Shown here: piece by piece, positions 54,826 to 61,558 of the stretch
How the letters are laid out: each line of letters opens with the position of its first letter
How positions within the stretch are numbered: position 1 is the first letter of the stretch
Assembly: GCA_045613945.1 (NCBI GenBank)
Contig: JAZLBZ010000017.1
Coordinates: forward strand, 41,703 to 105,702
Direction of reading: 5' to 3'
DNA length: 64,000 nucleotides
From: Bacteroidaceae bacterium
GTDB lineage: Bacteria; Bacteroidota; Bacteroidia; Bacteroidales; Bacteroidaceae
The notes under the pieces: model-generated
The model's database searches: none
Told to the model about the DNA's origin: nothing
Seen by the model: the letters and a program-made list of their open reading frames with translations, nothing else
Position numbers and translations under genes: made by a program

Positions 54826-57800
54826 ATGAGAAAAATTACTTTTTTGTTCCTCTCTTTGTTCATTGCGGCAAGCGCAATGGCAATTGAGAATGTAACCACG
54901 GGTTACTACCATTTGATTAGCAGGGACACAAACCGTAGCGAGCATCTTTACAACAATGCTTTGCATAGCGGTAACAGCATGAAGTTCACCTTGCAGTCGA
55001 ATGAAATGGTGAATACCAATAACGGTATATGGTATATCACAGTAAATGAAAACGGCAAACTCGGCATCAAGAATGGTGACGGACAGCCTGTTGTTGCCGG
55101 TGCCAACTGGGGCGGCTCAATTGCCGGCTCTTTCACAGAACTTACCATTGCCGGTACTGCCGATGTGGATGATTACCGTTACTACTATTTCAACGAGGCG
55201 CTGAACTGTACAAACGGAAGCGTGAACTTCAAGATTGGTGGAGCTGATTTCCTTACCACTTGGAGTGACGGAGGCTCTGCCAATGACAACCAGTGGCGTT
55301 TTGAGCCTGTTGACATGGCAGGTAAGAGTATTTACAGTGTGGTTGTTGAGGGTAATGCCGATGCATACGTTACATTCGACGGCGGTTATGCTTTCAATGG
55401 CGGTTTCTTCATCACAGATTCTGAAATCAGCGCTTCGCAGTTGACTGTAGGCGTTTTCGGCAATGTGTTGAAAAGTGCCGATGTCAATGTTAGTGGAAAT
55501 ACTATCACAGTGACAGACGTTCAGGCTTTTGAAACTCCTGTAAAGCAGGACCTTTACAACACAAGTAATGGTTCTATGACTATCCCTCCTTACCGTATCC
55601 CCGGTATAACGACAGCAAGCAATGGCCGTCTGATTACAGCAGCTGCCCGTCTTGTCTGCGGTACCGACCCCGGTTATGGTCAGGTGGATGTAGTCTGCCG
55701 CATAAGCGATGACCATGGTGCTACATGGAGCAATATGATTGACGTTGCAGTGGGCACAGGCCGCACATCGGCAACCGAGAACTATTTCGACACAGCCTTT
55801 GGTGACCCTGCCATTGTTGCCGACCGCACAAGTGGTGAGGTGCTCATCATAGCCGTTGCGGGTTGTACTGTCTACGGCAATGGCAACACCACACGCCAGA
55901 ACCCCAATATGATTGCAACAATCCACAGCAAGGACAATGGCGAGACATGGGAGACTCCTGTAGACGTGACCGAGGATATCTATAGCCTTTTCGATGCGGG
56001 CAACCCCATTCAGGCGGCATTCGTTGGTGGCGGTAAGGTATTCCAGAGCCGTATAGTAAAGAAAGGCGACTATTACCGTCTCTATGCCGCTATGTGTGCA
56101 CGTCCCAACGGTAACCGCGTGATTTATTCCGATGACTTCGGCCGCACATGGCATGCCCTTGGTGGTGCATCGGCTCTGCCTGCTCCGGGCGGCGACGAGC
56201 CAAAATGCGAGGAGATGCCCGACGGTCGCGTAATCCTCTCAAGCCGTGTAGGCGGTGGCCGCATCTACAATATCTATACCTACAGCAACACACTCACAGG
56301 CGAGGGCTCTTGGAGCACCAGTGTAAAGAGTACATTCGAGGGCTCGGGCCTCACCCCTGGCGGCAACTCTACCAATGGCGAGATTCTCGTTGTTCCCGTG
56401 CAGCGCAACAGCGACGGCAAGGAGATGTATCTTGCCCTGCAGTCATTGCCTACTGGCAGTGGCCGCACCAACGTGGGTATCTTCTATAAGGAACTTACCG
56501 ATGTAACCGACCTCAACACTGTTGAAAACTTTGCCGCCGACTGGAATGGCTACTATCAGGTGAGCAACACCTCATCGGCATACAGCTCAATGGACCTGCA
56601 GGCCGATGACCGCATAGGCTTCATATATGAAGAGACCTTGACAAAGCATGGTACAGTGCAGAATCCTGTCTCTACAAGCTTCCCTAACGGCGAAGGACAG
56701 CACAACTATGACGGTTTCGACAACATCTACGTTGCCTATGAACTTGAGTACATTACAAACGGTGCCTACAGCATCAAACGCGATGTCGACCGCCGTGCAT
56801 TCGTTAAGGAGTACTTTACCGCGGTTGCTGCCGATAAGTCCGATATCGTGAAGTCTAATGTTGCAACTGCGCTTGAGAAGTTGAGCGCGCAGCCCACGAC
56901 TGCCGAGATTGACAATATCTACGCTATACTTGCCAGCGAAGGCCCCACTTATGTAACAGAGATTGATGGTTTCCAGAATGGCAGAATCTATACATTTGTG
57001 ACAGAGCGTGGCTGGATGGGTGCGAAGGCCGACAACAACAAGGTGATATCTACCGCCTACACATCAAACGGTGTGACAGGCAGCAAGGATGATGCAAACT
57101 TCCAGTGGACTGTCTACAAGTCAGAGAATGACAACTACTACCTTTACAATATCGGTAAAGGAATGTTCATGGGCGTTGAGAGCAGTAACAATACTGCAGT
57201 GCCTTTTGTGGCAACTCCTGCTGGTAAGAACCTTACTTTTAAGAAATCCGCAGATACCGCCTATCCGATTATGTTCTCTACAGACAATGCCGGTGTTGTT
57301 AACCATTCATCAAACCACGCTTCGGGTCTTATAACCTGGACCGGCGGTTGGAATACACTCAATGACGGCGGCAGCAATCATCAGGTAGAGCTTGTGGGTA
57401 TTCTTGACGATGTTACTCTTGCAAAGATTGAGGAGATTATCACAGCCTATGAGTTGGACAACACATCGGCTGTTGCCGAACTTGATGCTGCAATTGCTAA
57501 GGCGCAGGCATTGTTCAGTAGCATTGTAGTTGGTTCTGGAATGGGCGAATATACTGCAACTGATGCAGAGTATGCTGATAAGTTCAGTGCTATTGTGGCT
57601 TTCCGTCAGGCAATACAGTCGACCAATACCCCAACCCCAGCCCAGGTTGAGGCCAAGACTGCCGAGGTGAATGCACTCATTGCTTCGTTCCGCTTGAACT
57701 TGCCTGTTGTAGGCAAGTACTACCGCATTTTGGCGGTAGATGGCTGGAACGATGATGCACGCTATCTTGGTGCACAGAACTCCACTGCAAATACATCACG

Positions 57801-58653
57801 TGCCGAGTTTGTTGCCGTGGCAGATGCTAACACAATCTTCTACTTCGATGGTACACAGCTGGTTTCATACGCATCGGGTAACTATCTTGTAAGCAACAGC
57901 AATATGCTTGGTTACAACGGTGTCCAGGCTTCGGGCTCAAGCATTGCTTTCCGTGCGGCATCCAATAATCTGGTCGGTGCATATAATATCAGCTTCAATG
58001 GCGGTTCACGTTGGCTGTATGTAAATCAGGGCAACTACACCGATGCCGGCAGCACAACAAACAATGCCAATGGCTATTGTTTCAACATTGAGGAGGTCGC
58101 AGAGCTTCCTGTAGCAATCACAACAGCCGGTTACGCTACATTCTATGCTCCTGTGGCAGTTGAGGTTCCTGCCGGTGTTACAGCTCATACAGTGACAATC
58201 AACGGTGAGTGGGCTACATTGAGCGAGGCTTTGACTATTGTTCCTGCAAATACCGGAGTTGTTCTTGCCGGTCAGGGTGATTACGACTTGGTAATCACAA
58301 CTGCTGCTGCATTCGAGGGTGAGAACGCTCTCAGTGGTACAGTTGCTGCAACAAATATAACAGAGGCTGCTTACGTACTTGCCAACGATGCAGAAGGTGT
58401 AGGTTTCTACGCTGCTGCAATGACAAACGGTGCCTGGTTGAACAACAGCCACAAGGCATACTTGCCAAAGGCTCAGGGTATGAACGCAGCATCTTACAGC
58501 TTCCGTTTCGAGGATGGTACAACCGGCATTAGCGAGGTGAAAGGTGAAAACGGAGAGGTGAAAGCAATCTACGACCTCACAGGTCGCCGTGTTGAGGCTA
58601 TCACAGCTCCTGGTATTTACATCGTAGGTGGTAAAAAAGTGCTGGTAAAGTAA
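54826..58653 (+). CDS. Exo-alpha-sialidase (BNR/Asp-box beta-propeller, GH33-like) with N-terminal shared module, long C-terminal extension and T9SS sorting domain
   Basis: Signal peptide. YRIPGITT (RIP motif). Asp-boxes SDDHGATW, SKDNGETW and SDDFGRTW. C-terminal KAIYDLTGRRVEAITAPGIYIVGGKKVLVK. Confidence 0.85.
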   Translation: MRKITFLFLSLFIAASAMAIENVTTGYYHLISRDTNRSEHLYNNALHSGNSMKFTLQSNEMVNTNNGIWYITVNENGKLGIKNGDGQPVVAGANWGGSIAGSFTELTIAGTADVDDYRYYYFNEALNCTNGSVNFKIGGADFLTTWSDGGSANDNQWRFEPVDMAGKSIYSVVVEGNADAYVTFDGGYAFNGGFFITDSEISASQLTVGVFGNVLKSADVNVSGNTITVTDVQAFETPVKQDLYNTSNGSMTIPPYRIPGITTASNGRLITAAARLVCGTDPGYGQVDVVCRISDDHGATWSNMIDVAVGTGRTSATENYFDTAFGDPAIVADRTSGEVLIIAVAGCTVYGNGNTTRQNPNMIATIHSKDNGETWETPVDVTEDIYSLFDAGNPIQAAFVGGGKVFQSRIVKKGDYYRLYAAMCARPNGNRVIYSDDFGRTWHALGGASALPAPGGDEPKCEEMPDGRVILSSRVGGGRIYNIYTYSNTLTGEGSWSTSVKSTFEGSGLTPGGNSTNGEILVVPVQRNSDGKEMYLALQSLPTGSGRTNVGIFYKELTDVTDLNTVENFAADWNGYYQVSNTSSAYSSMDLQADDRIGFIYEETLTKHGTVQNPVSTSFPNGEGQHNYDGFDNIYVAYELEYITNGAYSIKRDVDRRAFVKEYFTAVAADKSDIVKSNVATALEKLSAQPTTAEIDNIYAILASEGPTYVTEIDGFQNGRIYTFVTERGWMGAKADNNKVISTAYTSNGVTGSKDDANFQWTVYKSENDNYYLYNIGKGMFMGVESSNNTAVPFVATPAGKNLTFKKSADTAYPIMFSTDNAGVVNHSSNHASGLITWTGGWNTLNDGGSNHQVELVGILDDVTLAKIEEIITAYELDNTSAVAELDAAIAKAQALFSSIVVGSGMGEYTATDAEYADKFSAIVAFRQAIQSTNTPTPAQVEAKTAEVNALIASFRLNLPVVGKYYRILAVDGWNDDARYLGAQNSTANTSRAEFVAVADANTIFYFDGTQLVSYASGNYLVSNSNMLGYNGVQASGSSIAFRAASNNLVGAYNISFNGGSRWLYVNQGNYTDAGSTTNNANGYCFNIEEVAELPVAITTAGYATFYAPVAVEVPAGVTAHTVTINGEWATLSEALTIVPANTGVVLAGQGDYDLVITTAAAFEGENALSGTVAATNITEAAYVLANDAEGVGFYAAAMTNGAWLNNSHKAYLPKAQGMNAASYSFRFEDGTTGISEVKGENGEVKAIYDLTGRRVEAITAPGIYIVGGKKVLVK

Positions 58654-58660
58654 TAAGTGA

Positions 58661-58826
58661 TTAAAAAGGCCAACTACTGCGTTACGCTTGCCGTCTAAGC
58701 CTGCGGCACTCCTTTGGGGAACTAAAGTTCCCGTTGTCGCAAACATTGCTCGTACGCAATGGCATTTACGCAAAAGTAAACTGCGGTTTATCCGGCGTCG
58801 CAAGCCTTGTATTTGAACCTTTTTAT
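58661..58826. repeat. Solo copy of the MITE/REP-like element family seen at 9175-9491
   Basis: Termini ttaaaaagg / cctttttat. Shared blocks ctgcgttacgcttg, catttacgcaaaagtaaactgcgg and gtcgcaagccttgtat. It starts 8 nt after the sialidase stop. Confidence 0.6.
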
Positions 58827-58851
58827 CTCACTTATTAGAAAATAGGAAAGC

Positions 58852-58872
58852 GAGGGCGGTTCGCCCGCCCTT
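58852..58872 (+). terminator. Weak hairpin after the sialidase gene
   Basis: agggcgg-ttcgc-ccgccct followed by an A/T-rich tail. Confidence 0.35.
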
Positions 58873-58898
58873 GTGAAATAAATTTTAGATATAAGAAC

Positions 58899-58950
58899 AA
58901 AACTCCCCCGTCACTTCGTGACACCCCCTCTTTAAAAAGAGTGGGAGTTT
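58899..58950. repeat. REP-like palindromic element (aaactccc ... ctctttaaaaag.gggagtt class), copy 1
   Basis: aaaactcccccGTCACttcGTGACaccccctctttaaaaagagtgggagttt. The same architecture occurs at 59461 and 60075. Confidence 0.6.
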
Positions 58951-58983
58951 ATGGGGCTGTTCTTCTGTCCAAAAAAGAGATCC

Positions 58984-59056
58984 CTCGTCGCTGCGCTCTG
59001 TCGGGATGACACAATTCGCAAAGATTTGTCATTTCGAGCGAAAGGCGAGAAATCTC
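58984..59056. repeat. Second type of REP-like element (ctcgtcgctgcgctc..gggatgaca ... tgtcatttcgagcgaaaggcgagaaatctc)
   Basis: Sequence class I recognise as a common dispersed repeat in Bacteroidota intergenic DNA. Only one copy in this window. Confidence 0.4.
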
Positions 59057-59094
59057 AAAAAGAATCTAAAGATAAAATAATAATCAACAGATAT

Positions 59095-59262
59095 ATGAAG
59101 AAGAGTTATGTATCACCTCTTGCAACAGAGGTAAACGTAGCAGCAGAGTCAATGCTCGCTGCATCATTGCAGATTAACAGTAATAAGACAGTAGATACCT
59201 CAGCAGACGGTGCTCAGCTTTCAGGCGGCACCCGCGGTGAGTGGGGTAACCTTTGGAATTAA
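59095..59262 (+). CDS. Small peptide gene (55 aa): MKKSYVSPLATEVNVAAESMLAAS...AQLSGG-TRGEWGNLWN
   Basis: An internal ATG of track ORF 58951-59262, whose upstream part is repeat-derived. The 3' end is conserved in two decayed copies. A strong hairpin overlaps the stop codon. Confidence 0.45.
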   Translation: MKKSYVSPLATEVNVAAESMLAASLQINSNKTVDTSADGAQLSGGTRGEWGNLWN

Positions 59263-59314
59263 ATAGTTAGGGGCGCCTTAAGCGCCCCCTAACTATTTAA
59301 TTCCGGGTACCCCA
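59242..59314. repeat. Inverted repeat of about 35 nt per arm / strong hairpin overlapping the peptide-gene stop codon
   Basis: The left arm tggggtaacctttggaattaaatagttaggggcgc is followed by the loop cttaa and the right arm gcgccccctaactatttaattccgggtacccca. The right arm is an inverted, slightly diverged copy of the gene's 3' end. Confidence 0.7.
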
Positions 59315-59456
59315 CGAACGAAGTGGAGACGCAAAGCGGCTCCTTTGATGCGCGCAGAGGTTGGTCGTGCGTAGTGTGGCGCCAGTCACACCGCGCGGGT
59401 CTCGTAACAGCGCGCATCGAAAATGGGGCAATTTGTGGCAAAAGGTCGCGCGTAGC

Positions 59457-59523
59457 GCATAAACTCCCTCCCGGCTAAAGCCGTACTCCCTCTTTAAAAA
59501 GCGGGAGAGTTGTCTCGCAGCAA
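59457..59523 (+). repeat. 67-nt perfect direct repeat, copy A (contains REP-like element copy 2)
   Basis: gcataaactccctcccggctaaagccgtactccctctttaaaaagcgggagagttgtctcgcagcaa is identical to 60071-60137. Confidence 0.85.
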
Positions 59524-59707
59524 AAGGTAACGGGTTGCGCATAAACTGGCTATACAAGAAAAGTTATATCCGTGTAAATCTTTAGACAGTCCTCACACAA
59601 TATCCTGAAAACAAGAGGCGGGAAATTGCCTTTGCAATGGAATACTCCGCGAACTTTACGTATACAATGGTAATATCAACAAAATACCGGCACCGTTGAA
59701 TTTCACA

Positions 59708-59832
59708 ACTTGAACCTGCTTGATTTTTGGATCAAGTGACAGGACTGTTCGCCCGCTAGTTAGGCGCTCGCTTAGCGAGTGACTAACTGAGGAAGTTCCG
59801 CATCACCCAAAAATCAAGCAGACAGTTCAAGT
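59708..59832. other. Long imperfect hairpin of about 125 nt (candidate structured RNA or MITE-like palindrome)
   Basis: The outer stem pairs acttgaac+ctgcttgatttttgg with ccaaaaatcaagcag+(aca)+gttcaagt, 23 bp in all. Inner helices are ctagttag/ctaact(g)ag and gcgctcgc-ttag-gcgagtgac. Confidence 0.6.
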
Positions 59833-59934
59833 GGCAACACCTTTTCGACTGAGGGATGTTGCCCCCCAACTCCTGAACAAAGAAAAGGTGGACTGAAATT
59901 CCCGTGTGCCGGAACCTTTTGGTTCTTTTCAGTT

Positions 59935-60207
59935 ATGAAAAGAACATATAGAACGACTTGAAGAGAATATAAGTGAACAATCAAGGTTGAGGACTGCCGT
60001 TTGATAAGTTACTTGCGCCGTAAAATAAAACTATAAGCGAATTAATATCCACACCTTTTTGCTACTGAGTGCATAAACTCCCTCCCGGCTAAAGCCGTAC
60101 TCCCTCTTTAAAAAGCGGGAGAGTTGTCTCGCAGCAATAGGTCACGCGCAGCGCAGACGTGGGTTGCGGAAAGCAAAACGAGTCAATGGGGTAACCTTTG
60201 GAATTAA
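59935..60207 (+). pseudogene. Decayed copy of the small peptide gene, interrupted by repeat copy B
   Basis: It starts with MKRTY (compare MKKSY) and has an early stop or frameshift. The 3' end reads ...SQWGNLWN-stop with the same ggggtaacctttggaattaa string as the intact gene. Confidence 0.4.
60071..60137 (+). repeat. 67-nt perfect direct repeat, copy B
   Basis: Identical to 59457-59523. The two copies are 614 nt apart. Confidence 0.85.
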
Positions 60208-60238
60208 ACAGTTAGGAACTCCACTGCTGATTGAATGA

Positions 60239-60274
60239 AAACGAATGACATCCCGCTCGGGATGTCATTCGTTT
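60239..60274. terminator. Terminator downstream of the thiamine operon
   Basis: aaacgaatgacatccc-gctc-gggatgtcattcgttt forms a 16-bp perfect stem, 25 nt after the stop at 60299. Confidence 0.7.
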
Positions 60275-60298
60275 AATAGTATCTCAGCCCTTGTGGAA

Positions 60299-60916
60299 TC
60301 AGTAATTGATAAACAGTATATATTCTCCTGTTGCTTTTATCGTAAACTCGTCGCCGATGCACTCGTTTAGCGTTCCCTGCCACCAGTTGTTGAAGTCGTA
60401 GATGGGGTAGAGCAGCCCCTCGGCGCTTAAATCTTTTGCTGTTATTGCAAATATTGACACTTGCTGTCCTTTGCGGCATTTGTGGGTAGTTGTGCCGTTG
60501 CAGGGGATAAACACACCATAGTCGGTAAACGAGCATACGTCGCACCCCGTTCGAGCATACTCAATGAGCAGGCTTATGTTGCCAATGGTGTGGTCCTCGC
60601 GCTTGCCTGTGGCACCTACAATTGCAATGCGATGCATGCCCTTTTCCATGAGATAGCGTACGGCCTTTGTCTGGTCGTTTGTCTCCTGTTCGCTGATTAT
60701 ATGCAGCAGGTGGGCATATTTCTGGCGGTTCCCGGCACTGATGGAGTCGCCGTCGCCCACAATGGCGTCGGGCACAAGGCCGGTGGCAATGTAGCGGTCG
60801 GCAGCACCGTCGCAGCAGGCAACAAATGGCGCGCCATGCAATATCTCCAGTGGTAGTGCGGCTGTGGGGAACTCGCCGCCGGCAACAATAACGGCATCAA
60901 ATCTGTTACTCTTCAT
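60299..60916 (-). CDS. Thiamine diphosphokinase (thiamine pyrophosphokinase)
   Basis: AVIVAGGEFP..., FVACCDGAA, IVGDGDSI, ETNDQTKAV and IAIVGATGKREDHTIGNI match the TPK catalytic domain. 205 aa. Confidence 0.8.
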   Translation of the reverse strand: MKSNRFDAVIVAGGEFPTAALPLEILHGAPFVACCDGAADRYIATGLVPDAIVGDGDSISAGNRQKYAHLLHIISEQETNDQTKAVRYLMEKGMHRIAIVGATGKREDHTIGNISLLIEYARTGCDVCSFTDYGVFIPCNGTTTHKCRKGQQVSIFAITAKDLSAEGLLYPIYDFNNWWQGTLNECIGDEFTIKATGEYILFINY

Positions 60917-61490
60917 TCTGCATCATTTTTTTCCATTTGAAGTATCCAAAGATAGCAATAATTGCATAGACGGCATAGAGTGCTGCTGTAAAATGTAGCC
61001 CTTTGTATATATACAAGGCGCTGCATGCCACGTCTACTACGCACCACACCCACCATTGCTCAATGTATTTGCGTGCGAGCATCCACATTCCAACAATGCT
61101 CAGTGCTGTGGTGAACGAGTCACTCCAGGGCACTGTGCTGTCGGTGTAGTTTATGAGCACATATGCTATAAGCAGCAGTGCGGCAACGAAGGCGGTGGAT
61201 GCCTTTATCCAGGCTGTGCGCGGAGCATGGCTTATGCGCAGTTCCTTCTTTGGCTCTTTGTGCCCAAAGAGGGTGAAGCCTGTTTTCCATGCCACCCAGC
61301 CATATAAGGCAATGGTAAGGTAGTAGATGTTTATTCCAAAGTCGGCATACAGCCCGGCGTTGTAATAGACAAACAGGTATATCGCAGGCATGATTATTCC
61401 CGCAATCCACAAATATATACTTGCCTTGTACTCCAACCAAAGATAGATGATGCCGGTTATTGTACCTAAAATCTCAAGGAGTGAATCCAT
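60906..61490 (-). CDS. PnuC-family transporter (probably thiamine-specific PnuT type, given its neighbours)
   Basis: 194 aa, about 7 TM helices, W-rich PnuC-like pattern (LWLEYKASIYLWIAG..., WWVWCVVD). It overlaps the TPK gene by 11 nt. Confidence 0.7.
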   Translation of the reverse strand: MDSLLEILGTITGIIYLWLEYKASIYLWIAGIIMPAIYLFVYYNAGLYADFGINIYYLTIALYGWVAWKTGFTLFGHKEPKKELRISHAPRTAWIKASTAFVAALLLIAYVLINYTDSTVPWSDSFTTALSIVGMWMLARKYIEQWWVWCVVDVACSALYIYKGLHFTAALYAVYAIIAIFGYFKWKKMMQNEE

Positions 61491-61558
61491 TAGTCTATGT
61501 TTAACGTTTTTTTGTTTTGGGCGAACACATCGGTTTGCTCCTTCTACATTGTTTCCAC

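Noticed and set aside
58951-59094. N-terminal 48 codons of track ORF 58951-59262.
   Set aside because: This part reads through a REP-like dispersed repeat (SLVAALCRDDT...SFRAKGEKS). The internal ATG at 59095 (MKKSY...) is matched by the MKRTY start of the decayed third copy.
59242-59314. Invertible promoter (inverton) flanked by inverted repeats.
   Set aside because: The two arms are separated by only a 5-nt loop, so this is a hairpin rather than a flippable segment. No recombinase gene is nearby.
59297-59557. Track ORF (86 aa, minus strand) as a real gene.
   Set aside because: It is composed almost entirely of repeat sequence (REP-like element plus the inverted copy of the peptide-gene 3' end) and is Arg-rich. 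I interpret it as a decayed inverted copy rather than a functional CDS.
59770-59800. RNase P RNA (the string gaggaagttccgc resembles GAGGAAAGTCCGGGC).
   Set aside because: The match is imperfect, the P4 partner and other universally conserved blocks are absent, and the element is far too short.
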